A stretch of DNA of 64,000 bases, from positions 1-64,000 of IMG/VR virus record IMGVR_UViG_3300048011_000525. One strand, given 5' to 3'. A program made the position numbers and the translations under genes. The stretch comes from a virus. Positions 1 through 8,513 of the stretch are shown here, in pieces (within the stretch, counting starts at the first letter, position 1; each line of letters starts with the position of its first letter). The notes under the pieces were generated by a model. It saw only the letters and a list, made by a program, of their open reading frames with translations, was not told the origin of the DNA and made no database searches.

Positions 1-480
1 ATACACTATATAGAGCAAGAGTATGCGTATAGGCCCCGCTATAGTGATCAACAGCTAAGGCCCCGCTGTAAGGATAGTAAACAGCACACACCTAAGCATT
101 CTAATAAACGTAGATGAACTATATACTAGCATGATCACACTAGAAACTAGCACTACACGGATAAGCACATACTACCAAGGCAGTATGAGAGTTCCTTGCT
201 ATACTGTATACGAGAATGATCGTATAGTGATCCAAACCACACACAAGCCCACGGCATACACTATATATGAGGGGTTGAAATCTAAGGTGAAAAGTATTTG
301 AACTATGCCTCTCGCGACCTCAGTCAATCTTTTTTGAATACTGTATAAAATTACACTAAACCGTCTTAAACTGTAATAATATTACACGGCGAACCTGGCT
401 TTACGGCCGATTCCGCCATGTTGCTAGACACCGTAAACGCATGGTAAAGCCACAGTTCGGCCGCCACCAGCGGCCTCTAG

Positions 481-712
481 TCACTCGCTATATAGTTCAC
501 ATGACTCTCTTATCACTACACTATATAGAGAGCTGCCCCTATCACTACTATATACTCTATCACTGAGCTTTACTACACTATATAGAGTGTCACTAAGGTT
601 GTCACTATATAGTCTATCACTACCATCACTATATAGTGTCACTATTGGCTTACTGTCACTGTCACTATATACTCTGTCACTAAGGTTGTCACTGTTGAAT
701 TGGTCACTACAC
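481..712. repeat. Low-complexity iterated block (CACTATATA and GTCACT units; TGTCACTAAGGTTGTCACT twice)
   Basis: CACTATATA at 519, 576, 603, 627, 663 (also 4 and 259); 19-nt direct repeat at 588-606 and 675-693. Confidence 0.8.
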
Positions 713-770
713 TCATTTTTTGGATTTGTCAAATTTTTCTCGTCCAAAATCCAAGTGTTTTTTGGTGGGA

Positions 771-927
771 TAACCTATTGAAATCATTGAGAAAAATTCT
801 CCTTTAAAATCAAGAGGTTAGGTGGGGCCCCGGCTGTAAATCCTAAGTCATTGATCTTATTGGAGTTTTTGGTGTGAACCTGGGGAGGAACTGTTCTTTT
901 GCTCATTCGAACTGTAACCTCTTGATA
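771..927. promoter_or_regulatory. Cluster of IHF-like sites (WATCAANNNNTTR)
   Basis: Perfect matches at 808-820 (+) and 915-927 (-); one-mismatch copies at 844-856 (-) and 771-783 (-). Confidence 0.55.
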
Positions 928-1006
928 GTATTGAGGTTTCTAATTCTTTCCTCTCTAGTGCAAAAGAACGGTTGACAAGTGGGGAGAAAGACTGTATAAT
1001 AGCAGC

Positions 1007-1100
1007 CGAGGTTGAGGCATATAGAACCTTCGCCCATCGGGAGTGTTTGTCTTCTACTTGGGGAATTCAGTAGCCCTAACCCTCTTTGCCCTTATTGTTC
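1007..1100 (+). ncRNA. Candidate non-coding transcript complementary to early-gene leaders
   Basis: Promoter at 972-1000 has no ORF before 1252; the transcript contains GCCCTAACCCTCTTTGCCCTTATTGTT. Confidence 0.35.
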
Positions 1101-1104
1101 TTAT

Positions 1105-1133
1105 AGTATACCTTCACTCTAGTCAGAAGTCAA
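1105..1133 (-). promoter_or_regulatory. Leftward sigma70 promoter with no credible downstream ORF
   Basis: Reverse complement reads AAAGAGG-TTGACT-17nt-TATACT, the same cassette as the rightward early promoters. Confidence 0.75.
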
Positions 1134-1251
1134 CCTCTTTTTAGCCAAAATCTTATTTTATTTTTGTGGGTATTTTGGAGAGAAAAAGGTTGACAACAGC
1201 CGGAAATGAGGTTATACTGTATACAGTTAAACAATAAAGAGAGGGCTTAAT

Positions 1252-1491
1252 ATGTACGGAATGTTCACTAAAGAAGGAAATGAATTGGTCGCAAGGATCG
1301 CAGCAGCCGGTGAGAAACTCGCAGCACAAGATGGCGCAGCCAGTGCCTGGGGTTTTTGCTTGCGAAAGTTGGAGACTCTCAGCTATGGCGAAGGCTTTGG
1401 TGAGGCCACTGACACTGATGTGAGAGAGCGAGTCTACGGTGATGTGGTTGCAGCCGCAGATGACACTTGCGATTTTTATCTAGCTCATTGA
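1252..1491 (+). CDS. Hypothetical early protein
   Basis: 79 aa ORF with own promoter and GAGGGC leader. Confidence 0.8.
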   Translation: MYGMFTKEGNELVARIAAAGEKLAAQDGAASAWGFCLRKLETLSYGEGFGEATDTDVRERVYGDVVAAADDTCDFYLAH

Positions 1492-1570
1492 GCAGAAAAA
1501 GGTTGACAGCAGCCGGATTAGATGGTATACTGTATATAACAGTTAGGGCAATATGTGGAGGGCACAGCCG

Positions 1571-1912
1571 ATGAATTTTGTAATTTCAACTCAAGTATTA
1601 GAGAACTATGGCGCTCATTGTGAGGACGGCAAGTTCAGCAGCCAGAACCATTATTGGAAGATGAAGGGCGGCATGGACTATCTGGTCAAGGACCTGGACC
1701 GTGTGCAAGATGCGGTGGCGTTCGTAGCAGCCGCGTTTTCGGACAACAGCCTGGGGTATAAAGAGTTCCCCATCGAGTGGCAGACCGAAGAGGAATGGAT
1801 TGCTAAACTGCCGGACGATGCAGACTATCGTGACTTCCTCAAAGAGCAAGTTTGGGTGGTTAGCCCTAAGACGGGGCGAAAGCACACCAAAGGTTATCCG
1901 GAGGAGTTTTAA
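1571..1912 (+). CDS. Hypothetical early protein
   Basis: Start moved to the ATG after GGAGGGCA; own promoter. Confidence 0.8.
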   Translation: MNFVISTQVLENYGAHCEDGKFSSQNHYWKMKGGMDYLVKDLDRVQDAVAFVAAAFSDNSLGYKEFPIEWQTEEEWIAKLPDDADYRDFLKEQVWVVSPKTGRKHTKGYPEEF

Positions 1913-1913
1913 T

Positions 1914-2090
1914 ATGAATACCTGTTCACACTGTAAGTCAGAGGTTGAGAACAACGCTCTTCGTTGTCCTTACTGCCTAGAGAATCCATATGATAATTTC
2001 GCATTTGAAACTGGTGGAACCTTTTCAACCATACTGGAATGGATACTCGGAACAGCCGTGGTATTGGTTATCCTGGCTTGGATATTTTGA
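1914..2090 (+). CDS. Small zinc-ribbon membrane protein
   Basis: CxxC-x10-CxxC plus hydrophobic C-terminus; GGAGGAG RBS before ATG 1914. Confidence 0.75.
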   Translation: MNTCSHCKSEVENNALRCPYCLENPYDNFAFETGGTFSTILEWILGTAVVLVILAWIF

Positions 2091-2163
2091 GCAAAAAGAG
2101 GTTGACATCTCCTTAAAAGATGCTATTATATAAGAGTAAGTTAAACAAAGCGAGGGCAATAAG

Positions 2164-2373
2164 ATGGCAAATTCAAGAGACGTAGCACTAGAGTTGGTAG
2201 ACAACGGTTTGGTAACAGCCGAGGCGATGCTGACTATGTGCCTAAAGTATATGTCAACAGACGATGTTGAGGATATGCTTGACTGTAATGAGTTGAGCGA
2301 ACGGTTTATGGAAGACGATGACGGGCAGCCGACTTGGGAACAAGAGTGGGCAGACTTTGGGGAGGAATACTAA
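2164..2373 (+). CDS. Small acidic early protein
   Basis: 69 aa; promoter and GAGGGCA leader. Confidence 0.8.
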   Translation: MANSRDVALELVDNGLVTAEAMLTMCLKYMSTDDVEDMLDCNELSERFMEDDDGQPTWEQEWADFGEEY

Positions 2374-2374
2374 G

Positions 2375-2965
2375 ATGCCAAATTGGTGCAATAACAATAT
2401 CACGATTCAGGGATCAACTGAAACTATCAAAACACTTTGGGAAGAGGCTACAGCCGAAGATGGTGGACTGCTATCAGCAATGGTTCCTATGCCCAAGGCT
2501 CTAGAAGGAACTACATCACCTACACCACAAGAAGGTGCCAGCAACTACGAAGGTGAACAGCCGATAGTAGATGGCTACGACAATTGGTATGATTGGTCGG
2601 TGGCCCGATGGGGAACCAAGTGGGATGTATCCACAGAAGGACTAGAGTTTACGGACAACGGAGACGGCACAGCCTCGATCAGTGGTTGGTTCGACAGTGC
2701 ATGGGCTCCACCACTTACTGCATACGAAACATTCTGCGAAAGCATGGACGGTGTCTACATTGAAGCGAGTTATCACGAAGGTGGTATGGACTTCGGTGGC
2801 TTCTGGGATAGCGAGACCGGTGAAGAGCATATGGACGGCATCCAAGAGACTTGGGAACAGTATAAAGACAACCTCGACGATGCTCCTAGTCTGTTCAAAC
2901 GCATAGACGAAGAATACGGTCTATCCGATCAATACGCTGAATGGGAAGAAATGGAAATGGAATAA
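2375..2965 (+). CDS. DUF1281/YubB (Api92)-like protein
   Basis: MPNWCNN start, WGTKW and FDSAWAPP motifs; GGAGG RBS. Confidence 0.75.
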   Translation: MPNWCNNNITIQGSTETIKTLWEEATAEDGGLLSAMVPMPKALEGTTSPTPQEGASNYEGEQPIVDGYDNWYDWSVARWGTKWDVSTEGLEFTDNGDGTASISGWFDSAWAPPLTAYETFCESMDGVYIEASYHEGGMDFGGFWDSETGEEHMDGIQETWEQYKDNLDDAPSLFKRIDEEYGLSDQYAEWEEMEME

Positions 2966-3032
2966 AAGAGGTTGACAAGGATGTCTTCCTATGCTATAGT
3001 ATAAACACAATAAGAGATTAGGAGGGCATCCA

Positions 3033-3314
3033 ATGTCAACAGATTTAAGAAACGTTCCAGACTGTGTAGCACAGAACGAATTGACTCAGACACGCTTTTG
3101 GGGTGGCAAGGATCGATTGACTTGCATACAGATCACTCAACGCAAACCCAAGTATGATCCAGACAACGGCGGAGCAATGTTTAACCATATACAGTTGACC
3201 AAGCATCAAGCTCGTATGTTGGCAACAGAATTGATGTTGTTTGCAGAGGGCCGCGAAGTAGAAGAGTTGGCTGAGTTGGATGATGCAACATTTGGTGAAG
3301 AGGAGCCAGCGTAA
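3033..3314 (+). CDS. Hypothetical early protein
   Basis: Promoter and GAGGGCA leader. Confidence 0.8.
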   Translation: MSTDLRNVPDCVAQNELTQTRFWGGKDRLTCIQITQRKPKYDPDNGGAMFNHIQLTKHQARMLATELMLFAEGREVEELAELDDATFGEEEPA

Positions 3315-3514
3315 TGAGACGATCCTATCGTATATACGGAATCAAGGACGGTGGCAAGGAAGAGTTTGTCACTTCAGTATCCGCAGCAGCCGACGGCAAA
3401 GCTGCACACCAGGCAATGAAGCTGCAAGGCTACTTCGATCGCATCGTTTGTCGTGATGTGCTAGGTGGCTTGCGTTTTGAATATAATTTAAAAACTGGTA
3501 GAAAATTGGCATAA
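3314..3514 (+). CDS. Hypothetical early protein
   Basis: TAATG coupling to the upstream gene; GAGGAG RBS. Confidence 0.75.
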   Translation: MRRSYRIYGIKDGGKEEFVTSVSAAADGKAAHQAMKLQGYFDRIVCRDVLGGLRFEYNLKTGRKLA

Positions 3515-3586
3515 AAGAGGTTGACAACTGAGCACTTCGGTGCTATTATATAAGAGTAAGTTAACAAAGCTAGAAGGGCAAACAAA

Positions 3587-4051
3587 ATGGCAACACGTTC
3601 AAACATCGCATACAAAACAGCAGAAGGCAAAATCCGCAGCGTCTACAGCCACTGGGATGGCTATGTAGCAAACAATGGTCGCATCCTAGAGGAGAGCTAC
3701 CAGGACCAAGCAAAGATTGAAGCATTGGTTGCACTAGGTAGCATCAGCAGCCTGGGAGCAGAACTAGGCGAGCAGCAGGACTTCAACGATCGCAGCACAC
3801 AACAAGACGATTGGACACTAGCATATCATCGTGACCGTGGTGAAGATTTGGTTGTTAGCGAATACGACGACATTCCAAGTTGGATCAACGACATGGAGGA
3901 ATACGCTTACCTGTGGAACGGCAAGGAATGGCTTGTAAACGATCACGGTGCTAAGGACGCAAACGGCTTTCCTGTGTTCGACTTGCTGTCAACTGTAGTG
4001 CCAATCGAACTAGCACGTATGGAGCAGCGCATCGCAGCAGCCGCAAATTAA
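3587..4051 (+). CDS. Conserved-type phage hypothetical protein
   Basis: MxTRS...YxHWDGY motif; own promoter. Confidence 0.8.
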   Translation: MATRSNIAYKTAEGKIRSVYSHWDGYVANNGRILEESYQDQAKIEALVALGSISSLGAELGEQQDFNDRSTQQDDWTLAYHRDRGEDLVVSEYDDIPSWINDMEEYAYLWNGKEWLVNDHGAKDANGFPVFDLLSTVVPIELARMEQRIAAAAN

Positions 4052-4135
4052 TTTGGTATTTTGGCAAATTAGGGGTTGACAGCAGCCCCTAATGAGGCTA
4101 TACTATATATAACAGTTAGGAAAGAGGGCAAACAA

Positions 4136-4324
4136 ATGAAACAGACAATTGGTTTTATCTTAATCGTAGTAGGAATGATGGTAGCAGCCGGTAGTGCTGG
4201 GGACTGTGACGGACAGTGTATGGAATACGCTAACAGCCTGAGCGAGATGCTTATGATCGCAGCAGCCGGAATTTTTGCTATGGTAGTAGGTGCGTTGGCA
4301 GTTTTTTCTGCACAAAATGATTAA
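4136..4324 (+). CDS. Small two-TM membrane protein
   Basis: ATG after GAGGGCA; two hydrophobic segments flanking CDGQC. Confidence 0.75.
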   Translation: MKQTIGFILIVVGMMVAAGSAGDCDGQCMEYANSLSEMLMIAAAGIFAMVVGALAVFSAQND

Positions 4325-4395
4325 TTAGGGGTTGACAAACTCCGCAGTAGATGGTATACTGTATATAACAGTTAAACAATTGAGAGGCAAATAAC

Positions 4396-4713
4396 ATGAC
4401 ACAGAAAACTTTTGAAGTAGCAGGTACATCAACACTAAATGGCGTGACTAAGGTAAGGTTCGCAAATGACTATGTAGGTCGTTTCAAGATCCTTGTTAAG
4501 AACGGACACGAGAACATTGAGTTGATGGAACTAGGTGAGAAGATGACCAAGGCAGACATCTGCAAGGTATTGATTGCTCATCCAAACTTCCAAGGTGAAG
4601 ATCAGCAGAGTGCGATCGCAGAATTTGTTGTACGAAATGTGAAGGCGCAGCCGGAGCAGACAGAAACAACAAAGGTGGAAGCAGCCGAAGACGTCGAAGC
4701 AGAATTGGCGTAG
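4396..4713 (+). CDS. Hypothetical early protein
   Basis: 105 aa; own promoter; GAGGCA leader. Confidence 0.8.
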   Translation: MTQKTFEVAGTSTLNGVTKVRFANDYVGRFKILVKNGHENIELMELGEKMTKADICKVLIAHPNFQGEDQQSAIAEFVVRNVKAQPEQTETTKVEAAEDVEAELA

Positions 4714-4816
4714 GCACTTCCACAACCAGGGCGTCCTTGTGTAGCAGCCGGGACACTCCAATAGAGAGCGGTGGGGCTCATTGGACACATTATTGCAGCA
4801 GCCAGAGGATCGGGCA

Positions 4817-4945
4817 TTGGAACTAAATGAAATCATCGCAGTCGTAGGGATTGCATTCACATCATTCATGGCGGGGTATCTACTTTCAGAGATGCATTCA
4901 TTCCGCAAGTATATCAAAGAAAATTGTTTGAAGGAGACTTCATAA
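4817..4945 (+). CDS. Small single-TM protein (42 aa, not in ORF track)
   Basis: TTG start after AGAGGA; MELNEIIAVVGIAFTSFMAGYLL... Confidence 0.45.
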   Translation: MELNEIIAVVGIAFTSFMAGYLLSEMHSFRKYIKENCLKETS

Positions 4946-4952
4946 AGACTTA

Positions 4953-5029
4953 GGGCCTTTAGCTCAATTGGTTAGAGCACCGGACTCATAATCCGTAGGT
5001 TCCGAGTTCGAGTCTCGGAGGGCCCACCA
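4953..5029 (+). tRNA. tRNA with CAT anticodon, most likely tRNA-Ile2 (lysidine type)
   Basis: GGGCCTT/AGGGCCC acceptor stem, CTCATAA loop, TTCGAGT T-loop, encoded CCA; not initiator-like. Confidence 0.9.
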
Positions 5030-5034
5030 AGTAA

Positions 5035-5111
5035 CTGCCCTTAGCTCAGCAGGATAGAGCAAGAGATTTCTAATCTCTAGGTCGGGGGTTCGAATCCCTC
5101 AGGGCAGGCCA
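5035..5111 (+). tRNA. tRNA-Arg(TCT)
   Basis: CTGCCCT/AGGGCAG acceptor stem, AGAGA-TTTCTAA-TCTCT arm, CCA. Confidence 0.95.
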
Positions 5112-5115
5112 ATTA

Positions 5116-5199
5116 GCCTCCGTGGTGGAATAGGTAGACACAAGGGACTTAAAATCCCTCGCTTATGGCGTCCCGGTTCGAGTCCGGGCGGAGGCACCA
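5116..5199 (+). tRNA. tRNA-Leu(TAA)
   Basis: GCCTCCG/CGGAGGC acceptor stem, AGGGA-CTTAAAA-TCCCT arm, long variable arm, CCA. Confidence 0.95.
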
Positions 5200-5200
5200 A

Positions 5201-5300
5201 GTTTAGGGAGTTGAGCAGCCGAACGAGCCGCCCTCACTCAAAGGTACCGCAGCGTATGCCCTCACGCTAAGGAACGCTCCTCCCTAAGCCCTTTGGGCAG
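5201..5300 (+). ncRNA. Candidate structured sRNA with GCCCUC (anti-leader) loops
   Basis: Closing stem 5201-5210/5280-5289; inner hairpins TTGAG/CTCAA and AGCGT-ATGCCCTC-ACGCT. Confidence 0.6.
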
Positions 5301-5334
5301 CAGCCGAGGTTCCAGAACCATCAGGCATCAGTTT

Positions 5335-5364
5335 ATTATAACACAGAGCAGCCGGGGTTGTCAA
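5335..5364 (-). promoter_or_regulatory. Leftward sigma70 promoter, antisense to the sRNA/tRNA cluster
   Basis: Reverse complement TTTAGG-TTGACA-18nt-TATAAT. Confidence 0.7.
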
Positions 5365-5473
5365 CCTAAAAATAACCAAAATAAAATTAAAAAATGGCAA
5401 ATAAAAGGTTGACAGTAACAGCAAACGAGGCTATACTGTATACAGTTAAACAATAAAGCAAAGAGGGCAAACT

Positions 5474-5812
5474 ATGCTTACAATTACTAAAACTGGTTTT
5501 GAACAGAACGACGACTACACTAGCACTTTTTACGGTGTAGAAGGCGCGGTGACGCTTGCTGGCGACAGCTTATGGGGTGACACTGCGGGGCGAGTTGTTA
5601 ACGTTGAAGGCATTACTGTAACAGAAGAACAGTACGGTGAAGAGGCTGACGACAAGTACATGCACGTGACAGTGACACACGACAGCACGTGGGACATTTA
5701 CACTGACACTGCGTTTGCTGTAGCAATTAGCGAAGCGTTGGGCATGGACATTGACTTTACGGAGCAAGGCATGCAAGACGACGGACACGCGAGCATGGAA
5801 GTGTACAGTTAA
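5474..5812 (+). CDS. Hypothetical acidic early protein
   Basis: Promoter and GAGGGCA leader. Confidence 0.8.
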   Translation: MLTITKTGFEQNDDYTSTFYGVEGAVTLAGDSLWGDTAGRVVNVEGITVTEEQYGEEADDKYMHVTVTHDSTWDIYTDTAFAVAISEALGMDIDFTEQGMQDDGHASMEVYS

Positions 5813-5900
5813 AAAAGTGGCAAAAAAGAGGTTGACAACGGCCTCTTTGTTTGCTATACTGTATATAACAGTTAGGGCAATAAGTAGAAGGAACTACGCA

Positions 5901-6095
5901 ATGATCAAAGTATTCAACAGCGCATACCGTGAGTCGATCGAGCAGCCGAAGATGATTCCACTGGATGAAGTCAACATCGTAACACAGAACATCCACAACG
6001 GCGCTCCTTACATCTTGTTCGAGCACAAAGACTATCCGCTGGGCGCACTGAGCGCAACCTTCGACGGTGAGTATTGGGCTTGTGACCTTGATTGA
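5901..6095 (+). CDS. Hypothetical early protein
   Basis: ATG at 5901 after AAGGA; promoter at 5832. Confidence 0.7.
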   Translation: MIKVFNSAYRESIEQPKMIPLDEVNIVTQNIHNGAPYILFEHKDYPLGALSATFDGEYWACDLD

Positions 6096-6187
6096 TGATC
6101 CGTGTGATGATTGGTACCCATTAGGGGTTGACAAACCAAAGAAGTGACTGTATACTGTAAGTATAACAATTAGGAAAGAGGGCAAAC

Positions 6188-6457
6188 ATGGAAAAATCAA
6201 TTTACGAAGTAGGTGAACAGCACAAACAACTAGCAGCCGTTGGTAGACGCATGATGGACATGAGCGAGTATGCCAATTGCAAGGGCATGAAGGATGAAGA
6301 CTTCAAATTGCTCAACGACATGAGTCACGTAGGCAACCTGCTTACCAAATTGGGCAATGCGTTTGGTCCTAAGCTGGACAAAGACTTTACAGCCGAGGAT
6401 ATGGATTTAATTGCTCGTTTTATGAAAAAAGAGATTGACATTCCGCAGATGCGGTAG
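6188..6457 (+). CDS. Hypothetical early protein
   Basis: Promoter and GAGGGCA leader. Confidence 0.8.
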   Translation: MEKSIYEVGEQHKQLAAVGRRMMDMSEYANCKGMKDEDFKLLNDMSHVGNLLTKLGNAFGPKLDKDFTAEDMDLIARFMKKEIDIPQMR

Positions 6458-6495
6458 TATACTGTATATAACAATTAGGGCAAAGGGCAAAACAA

Positions 6496-6633
6496 ATGAT
6501 TAAAACACTAGGTTGGTTAACAGTAATTGGAATAGGTCTTTACACAGGGATCCTACAGGCCATGTTGATATTTGCTGGTGCTGCGGTTATTTGGGTTGGT
6601 ACTTTGCTCGCTAGTTTGGGAGGCGCGATATGA
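6496..6633 (+). CDS. Small hydrophobic membrane protein (45 aa, not in ORF track)
   Basis: Promoter at 6435, AGGGCA twice in the leader, MIKTLGWLTVIGIGL...; stop overlaps the next ATG. Confidence 0.7.
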   Translation: MIKTLGWLTVIGIGLYTGILQAMLIFAGAAVIWVGTLLASLGGAI

Positions 6634-6863
6634 AATGGGTTTTGATAGCAAGCGTTCTTAACTGGCAACCAGTATATGACGATCAGAAGACCTGTCAACT
6701 AGCAGCCGAAGAGCTCAAGAAGGTATATTACCAAGAAGTCGCTGCGTGTATTCCAAAGCCGACTAACACAGCCGGTGAGAATGAGAATGTGGACCGCATG
6801 TTCGAACAGTTCATGAATATGGTAAAAGAACTACAAAAAGAAGTTGACAACGGCAACAACTGA
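6630..6863 (+). CDS. Hypothetical protein
   Basis: ATGA overlap; GGAGG RBS. Confidence 0.75.
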   Translation: MKWVLIASVLNWQPVYDDQKTCQLAAEELKKVYYQEVAACIPKPTNTAGENENVDRMFEQFMNMVKELQKEVDNGNN

Positions 6864-6907
6864 ACGTATACTACATATATAAATTAACTTAACGCTGTGA
6901 GGGCACA

Positions 6908-7912
6908 ATGACAAACATTACAATCAAAGAAGGCACATACAAAATCCGTGGTAAAGACGTAGACCTATCAGGTATGACTTTTCCACTAGTAGAAGAATTC
7001 AAAGTAGGAGCACGAGGTGGCTACGTAACAGTAGACGGTTCAGCAGTTGCTGGCTTTCCACAGCGTAACATCAAGATCATGTGCGCAAGTGCAGATGACT
7101 ATGCCCAAACTGATGCTGCAATTAATACAGCAGCAGTAGAGGAGAGTGACGAAGAAGTTATCGAACGTATCCGTGAACGCTTTGACATGTTGAAGGACAT
7201 GACCAAAGCAGTCAAGAAAGGTGCTGTGCGAGCTATGATCGTTTCAGGACCTCCAGGTGTTGGTAAGTCGCATGGTGTAGAAGAAGTACTAGAGCGTTAC
7301 GACACACTAGAACATCTAGGTGGTTCCTCTAAGTATACAATTGTTAAAGGTGCAATGAGCCCAATCGGACTCTACTGTAAGCTGTTCAACTACGCAGACA
7401 AAGACAACGTTATCGTGTTCGATGACTGTGATGCGATCTTCGAAGAGCCACTTGCACTTAATATTTTAAAAGCTGCTCTAGACAGCAAGAAGAAACGTAC
7501 TATTCACTGGAACACAGACAGTTTCAAGTTGCGTAATGAAGGTGTGCCGGATTCATTCGAGTTCAAAGGTTCAGCGATCTTTATTACCAACCTTGACTTC
7601 CATGACGTAAAGAGCAAGAAGATACGCTCGCACTTGGAAGCACTAGAGTCACGTTGTCACTATATGGATTTAACTATCCACTCTGAGCGCGACAAGATGC
7701 TCAGAATTGCACAAGTCATCAAGGACGGAATGCTAGATAGTTATAAGGTGTCCGATGAAGTCAAAGAAGAAATCATTGATTTCGTGGACATTAATAAGAA
7801 GCGACTAAGAGAACTGTCATTGCGTACAGTACTTAAGGTAGCCGACTTAGCAGTTGCATTTCCAGATCGTTGGGAAGCAATGGCTGAGAACACTGTTATG
7901 AAACATTCTTAA
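6908..7912 (+). CDS. AAA+ family ATPase
   Basis: Walker A GPPGVGKS, Walker B VIVFDD, sensor ITN, ALESR arginine finger. Confidence 0.85.
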   Translation: MTNITIKEGTYKIRGKDVDLSGMTFPLVEEFKVGARGGYVTVDGSAVAGFPQRNIKIMCASADDYAQTDAAINTAAVEESDEEVIERIRERFDMLKDMTKAVKKGAVRAMIVSGPPGVGKSHGVEEVLERYDTLEHLGGSSKYTIVKGAMSPIGLYCKLFNYADKDNVIVFDDCDAIFEEPLALNILKAALDSKKKRTIHWNTDSFKLRNEGVPDSFEFKGSAIFITNLDFHDVKSKKIRSHLEALESRCHYMDLTIHSERDKMLRIAQVIKDGMLDSYKVSDEVKEEIIDFVDINKKRLRELSLRTVLKVADLAVAFPDRWEAMAENTVMKHS

Positions 7913-8034
7913 TGCCCTCAAGAATCATAACAGTTCAAGTGTTAAGCAGGCACCCCTCATAGCCCTCACGCTCTGCTAACACATGCGCCCGGAGTAGGAC
8001 ATGCCCTCGTCCAATACACTCCGGGCTTTTTTTT
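7892..8034 (+). ncRNA. Candidate 3-prime-UTR sRNA: three hairpins with GCCCUC loops ending in an intrinsic terminator
   Basis: Stems 7892-7934, 7939-7982, 7987-8026 followed by T8; GCCCTC at 7914, 7962, 8003. Confidence 0.65.
7987..8034 (+). terminator. Rho-independent terminator
   Basis: GCCCGGAGT...ACTCCGGGC followed by T8. Confidence 0.85.
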
Positions 8035-8120
8035 GATCTTTTTTTGATTTAGGGGTTGACACAGCCGCCATTTGATTATAAGCTGTATATAACAGTTAAC
8101 AAAGCAAGAGGGCAAAAGCA

Positions 8121-8513
8121 ATGACAACTGTAATTAAAGAGAACTTCCGCAAGTGTTCAGTAGAGGGATGCAACAAGCTGGGCCAGCACATGGGCAAGTA
8201 TCGCAAAGACGGATCACCTGTACGCAGAGCCAAGTGTGCCAAACATCATTCAATTGACTACGGCATGAAAGGTTGGGACTACAAGCAACACCGCAAAGAC
8301 TACTGTGAGAACCGTGACGGACGCTTGGGCTTCACCTGCACATCAACTATTGTAGATCCAGAGTGGCAACTAGACGCAGATCACATCAACGGCAACCCAA
8401 GCGACAATCGTCCTGAGAACATACAGACACTGTGCAAGTGCTGTCACCCAATCAAAACTAAAATGGAAGGTGATTACCTAACAGCCGGTCGCAAAGCATA
8501 CGGGGTAAAATAA
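8121..8513 (+). CDS. HNH endonuclease-like zinc protein
   Basis: DHINGNPSDNRPENIQTLCKCCH. Confidence 0.8.
   Translation: MTTVIKENFRKCSVEGCNKLGQHMGKYRKDGSPVRRAKCAKHHSIDYGMKGWDYKQHRKDYCENRDGRLGFTCTSTIVDPEWQLDADHINGNPSDNRPENIQTLCKCCHPIKTKMEGDYLTAGRKAYGVK

Noticed and set aside
481-712. Possible CRISPR array
   Set aside because: Units are short and irregular with no unique 30-40 nt spacers; no cas genes are present.
481-781. ORFs 481-747 (-) and 587-781 (+) with LYSD/SLSL repeats
   Set aside because: The peptide periodicity just mirrors the DNA repeat; there is no RBS, and both strands are open because of low complexity.
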